Part shown: positions 25,180 to 35,000 of the stretch, piece by piece | Position numbering within the stretch: the first letter of the stretch is position 1 | How the letters are laid out: each line of letters starts with the position of its first letter | Source of the DNA: Bacilli bacterium | Lineage (GTDB): Bacteria > Bacillota_I > Bacilli_A > RF39 > UBA660 | Assembly (NCBI GenBank): GCA_045125935.1 | Contig: JBGVNW010000041.1 | Location: 66,199 to 130,198 of the forward strand | Direction of reading: 5' to 3' | DNA length: 64,000 bases | Made by a program: the position numbers and the translations under genes | Notes under the pieces: model-generated | What the model saw: only the letters and a program-made list of their open reading frames with translations | Told to the model about the DNA's origin: nothing | Database searches by the model: none

Positions 25180-25204
25180 TGCTCACTAATGGGGGATGGT
25201 TAGT

Positions 25205-25963
25205 ATGAAAAGAATGCCTAATATTACTTTTTCAAGGGAAAGTTTAGAGGAGATAACGTATACAGAAAGATTTAGTAAAGGTGGAGAAGCAATTATCTGC
25301 CTAAGTAATAAGCCAAATTCACTATACAAAATTTTTATTAATCCATATACTGGCGAAATAATTGACATGTCAGACAATAAATTTAAGAAAATAGCAACCA
25401 TTTACCAAATGGGACTTGACTATAGTGTAAGACCATTAAGTACCATAAGTATGGACGGAAGACTAGTTGGTTATGAAATGAGTTGTAATCCATTACATGT
25501 TTCTATGAACGAAATATCATTAACTCCTCAACAATTAATTGAAATTTTAAAACGTACCAAAGATGCTTTAGAATATTTTGAATCAAAAGATATAACCTAT
25601 GGCGATGTCAAAAATAACAATATTTTAATAAATAGACATACAGGACAAATAGAATTTTGTGATATGGACAATATCAGATTAGGAGAAAATCCAATAGACC
25701 TAATGGGAAAAGATTTAAGACAATATGTTGCAAAAAATGGAGTTCTTGCTAACGCTGATGCTTATATGCATAATTTATTTGCACTAAAAGAACTAGGCTT
25801 TCCAACTAAATATACAACTAGCGAAGGTGTTATTATGACCCTTGAAAAAGGTGAATACCCAACTGAATTTGAAAAATTTGCTCATCCAATTTTTGAGGGT
25901 ATGGTAAACCCAGAATCATTTAATGGTGAGTATGCCATTCAATATATTAAAAAGGGACGATAA
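25205..25963 (+). CDS. minimal protein-kinase-like paralog, array member 7
   Basis: Start at MKRMPNITF behind GGGGGA. GGEAIIC, LYKIF, DNKFKK, VGYEM, ITYGDVKNNNILIN, FCDMDN, DAYMHN, NGEYAIQYIKK. Confidence 0.8.
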   Translation: MKRMPNITFSRESLEEITYTERFSKGGEAIICLSNKPNSLYKIFINPYTGEIIDMSDNKFKKIATIYQMGLDYSVRPLSTISMDGRLVGYEMSCNPLHVSMNEISLTPQQLIEILKRTKDALEYFESKDITYGDVKNNNILINRHTGQIEFCDMDNIRLGENPIDLMGKDLRQYVAKNGVLANADAYMHNLFALKELGFPTKYTTSEGVIMTLEKGEYPTEFEKFAHPIFEGMVNPESFNGEYAIQYIKKGR

Positions 25964-25964
25964 C

Positions 25965-26684
25965 ATGAGAAGAATTACAGATATCAAATTAACAGAAAAA
26001 GAATTTGCAAATATTAAGCAAAGATTTTGCTTTGACTATGGCAGTGAAGCAGATATTTATACAACCGACAAACCAAACACTTTATATAAAATATTCACTG
26101 GTCGTCACGGTATGTCAGAAAATAAATTACGAAAGATTGAAAGACTGTATCAAATGTCACTAGAGCATAGTGTAAAGCCACTTAGCACCATAAGTTGTAA
26201 CGGAAAATTAGTTGGTTATGAAATGACCTATGATAGAAAAGACCAAGAGTTTAGATATGTAATAAATAAATTAGATCGTGCTCAAAAGATTTATTGGTTA
26301 GAGCAAACAAGAGATATTTTAGAATATTTTGCATCACAAGATATAACATTTGGCGATGTTGCCAGTAGAAATATTCTGATCAATCCCCAGAGTGGTGAGG
26401 CTAAATTTTGTGATATAGATAATATTCGTTTAGGTGAATACCCGGTTGATATAACATCAGAATCTTTAAGTCAATACTGTAGGGTTCGTGGCGTAGATGA
26501 AGAAATAGATGCCTTTGGGCATAATCTAATGACTGTGCATGCCTTATATATATCCCCTTGGGGCGACTTACCAGCATTGAGTCAAATTAAAATGAGAGGT
26601 ATGAAAGTTTATCGTAGTTTACAAAAACCAGAAAAATTTAATGGCGAGTATATAATTCAATATGTAAAAAAGATAGGAAGATAA
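25965..26684 (+). CDS. minimal protein-kinase-like paralog, array member 8
   Basis: Start at MRRITDIKL, 1 nt after the upstream stop. GSEADIY, LYKIF, ENKLRK, VGYEM, ITFGDVASRNILIN, FCDIDN, DAFGHN, NGEYIIQYVKK. Confidence 0.8.
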   Translation: MRRITDIKLTEKEFANIKQRFCFDYGSEADIYTTDKPNTLYKIFTGRHGMSENKLRKIERLYQMSLEHSVKPLSTISCNGKLVGYEMTYDRKDQEFRYVINKLDRAQKIYWLEQTRDILEYFASQDITFGDVASRNILINPQSGEAKFCDIDNIRLGEYPVDITSESLSQYCRVRGVDEEIDAFGHNLMTVHALYISPWGDLPALSQIKMRGMKVYRSLQKPEKFNGEYIIQYVKKIGR

Positions 26685-26685
26685 T

Positions 26686-27438
26686 ATGTCAACAAAAAGA
26701 ATACCAAATGTTGAGTTAACAATAGATGAATTTTTTGCTCTAGAAGACGAAGATAAATTTGCTCAGGGCGGAGAAGCTATTATTTTAAAAACAGAAAGGC
26801 CTAATACTCTTTATAAGTTCTTTAGAGATCAAAATGGCAACTTTATTGATATGCCTGATAATAAATTTAGAAAAATCATAGCATTATATAACTTAAACTT
26901 AAATTATTCTGTAAAACCATTAAGTACAGTAAGTGTTAATGGTCATTTAGTAGGTTATGAAATGACATATAATCCCCAAAGTATTCAGTTTAAGAAAGCT
27001 GGATTAGATCGCGCTAATAAAATAGAAGTTTTAAAAAGAACTAAAGAGATTTTAGAATACTTCGCAACTCAAGATATAACATATGGCGATGTCAAAAGTA
27101 ATAATATTTTAATTGATAGAGTAACAGGAGAAATAGAATTTTGTGATATGGATAATATTCGTATTGGAACATATCCTATGGATCTGGTAGTAGAATATGT
27201 ACAACCCTTTGAAAAATGTGGTAAAATTGAACTGTGTGATGCCTATATTCATAATTTGATGACATTACAACAATTAGGATTTCCTAATAATTATCCAACA
27301 TTTAAAGAGGTTGCAAGAACACTTGCAAGAGAAATATATCCAACAGGATTTTCCAAAGAAGCAAAGGAAGTTTTTGAAAGTATGATAATTCCAAGAAAAT
27401 TCAATGGAGAATATGTAATTCAATACGTAAAAAAATAG
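26686..27438 (+). CDS. minimal protein-kinase-like paralog, array member 9
   Basis: GGEAIIL, LYKFF, DNKFRK, VGYEM, ITYGDVKSNNILID, FCDMDN, DAYIHN, NGEYVIQYVKK. Confidence 0.8.
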   Translation: MSTKRIPNVELTIDEFFALEDEDKFAQGGEAIILKTERPNTLYKFFRDQNGNFIDMPDNKFRKIIALYNLNLNYSVKPLSTVSVNGHLVGYEMTYNPQSIQFKKAGLDRANKIEVLKRTKEILEYFATQDITYGDVKSNNILIDRVTGEIEFCDMDNIRIGTYPMDLVVEYVQPFEKCGKIELCDAYIHNLMTLQQLGFPNNYPTFKEVARTLAREIYPTGFSKEAKEVFESMIIPRKFNGEYVIQYVKK

Positions 27439-27451
27439 AAGAGGTGATGAT

Positions 27452-28171
27452 ATGGAACGTTTACAAAAAGTAATCACACAAGCAGGAATTGCATCAAGAA
27501 GAAAAGCAGAAGAATTAATTACACAAGGAAAAGTAAAAGTAAATGGTCAAACAGTTACAGAATTAGGTACTAAAGTATCAGACAAAGACCATATTGAAGT
27601 TGAAAATAAACTAATAGAAAAAGAATTAAAAGAATATTATTTACTAAATAAACCTCGTGGTGTAGTAACAACAACATCAGATGATAAAAATAGAAAAACA
27701 GTTATTGATTTAATCCCAACCAGCGCTAGAATATATCCGGTAGGAAGATTAGATTATGATACAACAGGTGCCTTATTACTAACAAATGATGGTGATTTTG
27801 CCAATATTTTAATGCATCCAAAACATAAAATAGAAAAAGTTTATATGGCAAAAGTAAAAGGAATCATAAAAGGTGAACAAATAAATAAACTAAAAGATGG
27901 TGTTGAAATAGAACCAGGAGTAGTGGTAAGGGGAACAAGAGTAAAACTAAAGAAAACTGATCCTAAATCAAATACAAGTAGGGTTCAAATTACTATTACT
28001 GAAGGAAAAAATCATCAAGTAAAGAAAATGTTTGAAGCAGTTGACTTTGAAGTAATAAAACTAAAAAGAGAAAAAATTGCCTTCTTCGATTTAAAAGATC
28101 TTCAATCAGGAGAATATCGTAAACTAACACCAAAAGAAGTAAGTAAAGTATTTAGTTTAGAAACAAAATAA
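27452..28171 (+). CDS. rluB: 23S rRNA pseudouridine synthase, RsuA/RluB family
   Basis: S4 domain (RLQKVITQAGIASRRKAEELI) and catalytic GRLDYDTTGALLLTNDG. 239 aa. Confidence 0.85.
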   Translation: MERLQKVITQAGIASRRKAEELITQGKVKVNGQTVTELGTKVSDKDHIEVENKLIEKELKEYYLLNKPRGVVTTTSDDKNRKTVIDLIPTSARIYPVGRLDYDTTGALLLTNDGDFANILMHPKHKIEKVYMAKVKGIIKGEQINKLKDGVEIEPGVVVRGTRVKLKKTDPKSNTSRVQITITEGKNHQVKKMFEAVDFEVIKLKREKIAFFDLKDLQSGEYRKLTPKEVSKVFSLETK

Positions 28172-28194
28172 AATAAATTCAGGGGGAATTTATT

Positions 28195-29244
28195 ATGTCA
28201 AAATTAAGTGTAATAGTTCCTGTATATAATACTGAAAAGTATTTAGGAAAATGTATTGAAAGTATTTTAGGTCAAACCCAAAAAGATACTGAAATAATTT
28301 TAATAGATGATTCATCAACTGATAAAAGTTTGGATATAATGAATTCCTATCAAGAAAAAAATCCACGAAGCATAAAAATTCTTCAAACAAAACAAAATAG
28401 TGGACCAGCCACTGCTAGAAATTTAGGTTTAAATATCGCAACAGGAGAATATATAGGCTTTGTTGATAGTGATGACTTTATTACACCAACAATGTATGAG
28501 GAAATGATAACTGTCTGTGAAGAAACTTCCTCCGATATGGCAAGAACAAATCAAAGAGTATTAATTCTAGGTATTGATAAAGGCTTTTTCAAAAAGAATA
28601 AAGACACTACTTTTAAAGTAATTAATGCAAAAACTGATGATAGGTTCATTATAGCTGAGCCACCATGTGCTACTAATAAATTATTTAAAAGAGAATTAAT
28701 TGGCGATGAAAAATTTCCTGAAGGAATAAAATGGGAAGATTATCCATTTACAGTTCCACTAACAATAAAAGCAAATCAAATAGCGTCTATCCCAGAAAGA
28801 CATTATACTTACAATATGCATCGAAGTAATACAACATTTACTGACGCAAGAGTCTTAAATAGTCATCTTTTGGATATTTTTACTTGCTCGGACATAATTG
28901 GTGAAAAATGTATAACTGAAGATATGAATTCTAACTTAAGATACTTGCTAGAATATACACAAATTTATCATTGTGTATTTAGATTAAAAGAAATTGTGGG
29001 TTCAAGTATGCCACTAGATGAAAAAAGAGAATTATTAACTCTTACATCTGCACTTATAAAAACAAAGTATGGTCCTTGGCAAGAACATGAATTATATCAT
29101 GAACAAAAAGACAATAGATTACTTCATAGAATAAGAATGAATATAGTCGAAAGTCTCTTAGAACCAGACCTTGACTTACCTAAAGATGAAGAACAATTAA
29201 AACAAAAAATTAAAGTAAAACTAGATAAGTATTCAAAAAAATAA
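28195..29244 (+). CDS. family-2 glycosyltransferase
   Basis: SVIVPVYNTEKYLGKCIESIL, IDDSSTD, VDSDD. Confidence 0.8.
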   Translation: MSKLSVIVPVYNTEKYLGKCIESILGQTQKDTEIILIDDSSTDKSLDIMNSYQEKNPRSIKILQTKQNSGPATARNLGLNIATGEYIGFVDSDDFITPTMYEEMITVCEETSSDMARTNQRVLILGIDKGFFKKNKDTTFKVINAKTDDRFIIAEPPCATNKLFKRELIGDEKFPEGIKWEDYPFTVPLTIKANQIASIPERHYTYNMHRSNTTFTDARVLNSHLLDIFTCSDIIGEKCITEDMNSNLRYLLEYTQIYHCVFRLKEIVGSSMPLDEKRELLTLTSALIKTKYGPWQEHELYHEQKDNRLLHRIRMNIVESLLEPDLDLPKDEEQLKQKIKVKLDKYSKK

Positions 29245-29267
29245 AACTACACTATTGTAGTTTTTTT
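29244..29267. terminator. bidirectional terminator
   Basis: AAACTACA-CTAT-TGTAGTTT flanked by A- and T-runs, between convergent genes. Confidence 0.75.
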
Positions 29268-29277
29268 AAATAAAAAA

Positions 29278-29838
29278 TTAAATAATTCCATTTGACATAG
29301 CTTCAAATATTAAAATAAATATAACAACAAGGATAGCAATGGCTAAAATAAGCATTAGGATACTCGATGTGTTTTCATCATGCCTTCTTAAGTAATCAAT
29401 ATATTTTTCTTTATATATGTTCTTTATAATTTTAACTTTTATACTACATAGCCACAAATAAAGCATATTTGCACATGCTGAATATCCAATTCTTAATATA
29501 AAAAATGCCAAAAATCTTGTAAGTGCAGTATGCTTATAAAATATTAAAACCGCTAATTTACAAAATAGAAAATCAAATATCATACATAGGAAACAAAATA
29601 ATACAAATTTATTATATGCAAAATAAAATGGTCCTAAAAAGAATGCAATAAAACTATTTTCATTACGATTAATTTTATCATATCTTTTACCTAAGTACAT
29701 TTCAACATCAGAAATACTCTCAGGTTTATTTTTCCCTATAAATATTCCATTAGTCATATATCCACAGTGTAGACAATAGTTTCTTTGTAATGGCATTCCA
29801 CAGTTAGGGCAAAGATTTTTATCTTTATTATTTTTCAT
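29278..29838 (-). CDS. zinc-ribbon + multi-TM membrane protein (DUF2628-like)
   Basis: N-terminal CPNCGMPLQRNYCLHCG followed by FFLGPFYFAYNKF and hydrophobic helices. Confidence 0.5.
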   Translation of the reverse strand: MKNNKDKNLCPNCGMPLQRNYCLHCGYMTNGIFIGKNKPESISDVEMYLGKRYDKINRNENSFIAFFLGPFYFAYNKFVLFCFLCMIFDFLFCKLAVLIFYKHTALTRFLAFFILRIGYSACANMLYLWLCSIKVKIIKNIYKEKYIDYLRRHDENTSSILMLILAIAILVVIFILIFEAMSNGII

Positions 29839-29897
29839 ATCATCACCTTAATAAAAGTATATCAAAGCAAAAAAAATAAACAATAAAAAAAGAAGAA

Positions 29898-30089
29898 TTA
29901 TTTTTCTTCTACAATTGCTCCTGTTGGACAAGATTCGATTGCATCCTTAGCAGCTTGTTCTTCTTCTTTAGGAACTTCAGGTTTAATTACCTTTGATAAT
30001 CCCTCATCATCAATCATAAAAATTTTATCACAAATTGCTGCACAAGCACCACATCCAATACATGCTTCTTTATTAACTTTAACTTTCAT
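29898..30089 (-). CDS. small 4Fe-4S ferredoxin
   Basis: Start at MKVKV behind GGAGGG. CIGCGACAAIC ... ESCPTGAI. Confidence 0.8.
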   Translation of the reverse strand: MKVKVNKEACIGCGACAAICDKIFMIDDEGLSKVIKPEVPKEEEQAAKDAIESCPTGAIVEEK

Positions 30090-30197
30090 TTCAATATCCC
30101 TCCAAAACAATTATATCTAATAAAAACTTTTACGTAAAGATTAATTTATCTACTTTTGTTTTTCTATAACTTATGATAAACTTATCATAGTAAGAAG

Positions 30198-31121
30198 GTG
30201 ATTGGTGTGCCAACAAGAATGGATCGATATACAGACACTAGTGAGATGAAGACATATAGTCGCTCCGATAGAAACAAAGAATTATATGAAAATCTAGGTA
30301 ATAATACAAGGTATACTAACATTACCGATGTTACTAATGCAAATGCGATTGACTTAACAAATGCTTCAAAAAATACTAACACTAGAGAAGGATATCATCA
30401 AATAAAAGAGTTTAGAACTATAGAACCAGTACCTAAAGTAAAAAAAGAATTAGAGGACTTTAACTTTCTATATCAAAATAGAGAAAATAGAATTTATGAT
30501 GTAAATAGAGTTTTAGAAGAAGCAAGAAAAAATCGTGAACAAGATGAAAAAGAAGAAAAAAGAAAATTAAAAAATAGCAGTTATAATATTATTACAAGCT
30601 TAGATAAAGAAGAATTGGAAAAATATCGAAAAGAACGTCAAAATAAAATAAGAACACCGGAAGAAGAAGAGCTACGTGAATTAATTGATACAATTACTTC
30701 AAAAACATTAGCCGGAGAAATTGATAAAGCAACAAGTATAGATTTACTTAGTGATTTAATGGCAACTAATATCTTAGATAGAGTCGAATCACCAAAAGAA
30801 GATACAGAAGAAGAACAAGATGAAAAAACAGATCCAGAATTAGAACTATCAAGAGAGGTATTAGACAAAACACAAATAGAAGAAATAAAAAAAGTAACAG
30901 CTGATGATTTAAAGAAAAAAGCAGACGAACCAGAAGAAAAACTAACTGGAGCAGATACAGACTTTTATACTAGAAGTATGGACTTATCAAATGAAGATTT
31001 CGAAATGGATACAGAGTTCCAAGAAAAGAAAATGCCAATTGTCCTAAAAGTATTTTTAATAATACTAGTAGTAGCTGCACTAGCAGTAACAGGATACTTT
31101 ATATGGAAAAATTTTAGTTAG
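30198..31121 (+). CDS. hypothetical acidic coiled-coil protein with C-terminal TM anchor
   Basis: 307 aa, E/K-rich, C-terminal VLKVFLIILVVAALAVTGYFIW. The start is uncertain (alternative ATG 30219). Confidence 0.5.
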   Translation: MIGVPTRMDRYTDTSEMKTYSRSDRNKELYENLGNNTRYTNITDVTNANAIDLTNASKNTNTREGYHQIKEFRTIEPVPKVKKELEDFNFLYQNRENRIYDVNRVLEEARKNREQDEKEEKRKLKNSSYNIITSLDKEELEKYRKERQNKIRTPEEEELRELIDTITSKTLAGEIDKATSIDLLSDLMATNILDRVESPKEDTEEEQDEKTDPELELSREVLDKTQIEEIKKVTADDLKKKADEPEEKLTGADTDFYTRSMDLSNEDFEMDTEFQEKKMPIVLKVFLIILVVAALAVTGYFIWKNFS

Positions 31122-31235
31122 GATATCCTAACTTTTTCTTATGGATATTTTCACTTCTAAATTTCTTTTATTCTTTTAACTATTTTTTTAATATCTATGA
31201 TATTATATAATTACAAAAGAGTTACCTAAGGATGT

Positions 31236-32066
31236 GTGAATGTGGACATAAGATTTGTAGTTAATGATTATATTTTAGTATGGAATCTATTATTTAGAGC
31301 TTCTATTTCAGAACCAGTTCATAAATTAAAACAAAAATTATGGACTAACTATAAAAATGAATATAATGAAACATATAAAGATAAAACTTTAATGTTAAGA
31401 GATATAAAAAATTACATACCTAACGATGATACTATTTATAATTTGGTATTAGAAACAAAAGAATATCAAAAACTAAAAAAAGAAACTGAAAAATATCGAT
31501 TAGAAATATTAAAATTATGGGATAAAAAACTAAATGCTTATCTGCAAAGAATTTTAAAAAAAGAACCAAAAGAATATACAGTATTTTTAGTAAATGAAGA
31601 GTTTGATGTTTTAGAAACAATAAAACTATGTGATCAAATAACTGTTATTCTAGGAAAAAAAGTAACAAAGCAAGACTATCGTAAATTAATGGTAGATATA
31701 ATAATGAGTATTGTAAAAAAAGAAATTAAAGAATATAAAGATCATAATAAATTAATTGCTGATGCTATAATAGAAATGGCAATTTATAACGAGTTAGCAA
31801 CAAATTTAACCAATAATAGTCATTATTTTATGGGAAAAGAAAAATTAACATATATAAAAAGACAAGTATATCCATATTGGTTAATGTATTTAGGAATTAC
31901 AAAAGAAGATATGCCAAAATATATGTCTCGTGATAAAATAGCATTTGATCTTGAAAAATATCCATATGAAAAACAGCTAAAAGATTATGGATTAGAAGAG
32001 TTTATTGACTTTTGTATTCGTCATAAAAGATATATAATCAAAGAGGAACAATTAGATTTAATATAA
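31236..32066 (+). CDS. hypothetical protein
   Basis: 276-aa ORF (GTG start) directly upstream of polC. No motif recognised. Confidence 0.5.
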   Translation: MNVDIRFVVNDYILVWNLLFRASISEPVHKLKQKLWTNYKNEYNETYKDKTLMLRDIKNYIPNDDTIYNLVLETKEYQKLKKETEKYRLEILKLWDKKLNAYLQRILKKEPKEYTVFLVNEEFDVLETIKLCDQITVILGKKVTKQDYRKLMVDIIMSIVKKEIKEYKDHNKLIADAIIEMAIYNELATNLTNNSHYFMGKEKLTYIKRQVYPYWLMYLGITKEDMPKYMSRDKIAFDLEKYPYEKQLKDYGLEEFIDFCIRHKRYIIKEEQLDLI

Positions 32067-32088
32067 GAACGTAGTAGGGGGAATAATT

Positions 32089-35000
32089 ATGGATAATAAT
32101 ATGCAAAAACTAATAGATAAAATAAATATTGATAAAAATAATTATCAATATTTTTCTGATGCAAAAATAACTAAAATAAAAGTAAATTCTCATACTAATA
32201 TTTGGAATGTGTTTATTACAAAAACAAATTTATTACCAGTAGAAGTTTTTTCAGAATTAGAAGAGAAGAAAAATCTATTAGATGAAAATGCTAGTGAAAT
32301 AAATTTCATCTTTGAAATTACTAATTTAGATTTAGAAGCATATACAAGTTACTATCCATATTTACTAAAACAGTTAAAAGAAGAACTAAAAGTTTTAGAA
32401 ATATATGAAGATTGTCTTCATATTGAAGATGGATTTTTAATTTTAATTGTTTCAAATGAAATTGAAAAAGAAAAATTAGAAATGTGTCTTGATAAAATTA
32501 ATGTATTCTATAAAATGTTAGGCTATAAATTTAATGTTGATATAGTAATACGTCATGAAGAAAACATTCTAGAAGAAATTAAACAAGAATTAGAAGTTTC
32601 AGCACCAGTAGCGCCACTTCCACAAAAAGAAGAAAAGAAAGAAGATGCTCCTAAAGAAAAACAATTTCGACGTGAACCGAAAGATCCAAATAGTGTTATT
32701 GGTCGCGGAATTAAAGAAGAGCCAATTAAAATTAAAACACTTTTAGGAGAAGATAATAACGTTGTAGTAGAAGGCTTCGTCTTTGGTACCGATTATTTTG
32801 AATCATCTAAAACAGATTTTAAAATTATTACATTAAAAATAACAGACTATTCAGATAGTATTTATTGTAAAGTATTTGTTCGTGATGATGAAGAATATGC
32901 AAGACTTTGTAAAGAGTTAAAAACTGGTAATTGGTATAAAATAAGAGGTTATACAAAAAATGATCAATTTGCCAAAGAATTAGTTTTAAATGCAAGAGAT
33001 ATTGTTAAGATAGAAAAAAATGAAAGTGTTATTAAAGATAATGCCAAAGTAAAAAGAGTAGAACTTCATTGCCATACTGTAATGAGTCAAATGGATGGAG
33101 TTGCTAATGAAGAAGCAATTGTAAAACAAGCAATGAAATGGGGACATAAAGCTATTGCTATTACAGACCACAATGGAGTTCAAGCGTTCCCTCATGTCTT
33201 TAATTTGGTTACAGGATATAATAAGGGACTAAAAGAAGGAGAAGAACCTTTTAAAGCAATTTATGGTACTGAACTTGTCATGATTGATGACAGTGTTAAT
33301 ATTGTATTGCGACCTAATAATGAGGTAATGTTAGATCAAACCTTTGTTGTCTTCGACTTTGAAACTACAGGATTTAATGCCGGTGGTGCTGATTCAATCA
33401 TTGAAATTGGTGCTGTAAAATTAAAAGATGGAGTAGTCATTGAAAAGTATGATGAATTAATTAATCCGGGAAGACCATTACCACAAAAAATAATTGATGT
33501 AACAAATATTACTGATGAAATGCTTGCTGGTAAAGATAATGAAGAAAATGCCATAAAAAGATTTATCGAATGGTTTGGAGATTGTCCAATGGTAGCTCAT
33601 AATGCTAAATTCGATGTATCATTTCTTGAAATGGCCTATAAAAAATATAATCTTGGTACCTTTACAAATCCAGTAATTGATACTTTAGAATTGTCACGTA
33701 CAATGGATAATACTTATGCTAGACATTCACTTTCGGCTTTAGTAAAAAGGTATGAAGTACCATGGGATGAATCAGCTCATCATAGAGGAGATTATGATGC
33801 TGAAGGAACAGCTTTAGTATTCCATAAAATGATGAAAAAGTTATCTAATCGTAATATTGAAAGAATGGATCAATTAGATAACTTAGTAACAAAAGATGAA
33901 ATCCATAAATATGGACGTGCTCATCACATAAATTTACTAGTAAAAAATAAAGTAGGTTTAAAAAATCTTTTCAAACTAGTTTCCCTAGCCAATACAACCT
34001 ATCTATATAAGACTCCAAGAATTCTTCGCAGTGTAATTGAAGAACATCGTGAAGGCCTATTAGTAGGTAGTGGGTGCTACGAAAGTGAAGTGTTTACTGA
34101 AGCTAAATCAAAAAGTGATGATGAATTATCAAACATTATTAGATTTTATGATTATGTAGAAGTTCAACCATTGGAGTGTTACAATCATATGATCCAATCT
34201 GGTGACTTTGCAACAGAAGTAGAACTTGCTGCCAACATCGAAAAAATAATTAGAGTAACAGAAGAGGCTGGAAAGATAATTGTCGCAACAGGTGATGTAC
34301 ATCATATTAAAAGAGATGACAAAATCTATCGTGAAATTATTGTTAATCAAAAAGTCCCCGGTGGAGGAAGACATCCACTTGCAAAATCCGGAATCAAATC
34401 GATACCATCCAATCATTTACGTACGACAGAAGAAATGTTAAGTGATTTTAAATTTCTAGGAGAAGATTTAGCTTATAAAATAGTTGTAGAAAACACTAAT
34501 AAAATAGCCAATATGATTGAAATAGTTGAAGTAATTCCCGATACGGGAGGAATTCCTTTCTCTCCAAGAATTAAAAGTGATGATGGACAAAGTTATCTAG
34601 ATTGTCCTAGAGTTGTTACAGATTTAGTTTATACCAAAGCAAAAGACTGGTATGGAGAACCGCTTCCATATTTTATAGAAGAACGCATCGCAACAGAATT
34701 ATATGGAGACATTGTTTTAAAAACAGTAAAAGAAAATCTAAAAGATCAAAACTTATCAGAAGAAGAATTTACTAAACAAGCTTATAAACAAACCCATGAT
34801 ATTATTTTGGAAGGTTTTGATAAAGTCAAAGAACTAGTCCGTGAACATGTAAAAAAGACTAGTGAAGAAGAACTAGATGAAAAGGAGCTAGAAAAAGCTG
34901 TCAAAAAAGCGTTAGGAGGAATTATTGGTGGGGGCTTTGATCCAATTTACTTAATTGCTCAACGTCTAGTTAAACACTCAAATGATGAAGGTTACCTCGT

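Noticed and set aside
20595-27438. Kinase array as an assembly artefact or very recent tandem amplification.
   Set aside because: The copies differ extensively at the nucleotide level and in length (239-260 aa, with copy-specific indels). Collapsed or expanded identical repeats cannot explain that. All frames are intact.
20595-27438. Interpretation of the paralogs as aminoglycoside or macrolide phosphotransferase resistance genes.
   Set aside because: They share only the generic hGDxxxxN / xD catalytic signature. They are about 60-100 aa shorter than APH/MPH enzymes. Ten diverged copies with a Fido-type partner do not fit a resistance-gene pattern. The possibility is not formally excluded without profile searches.
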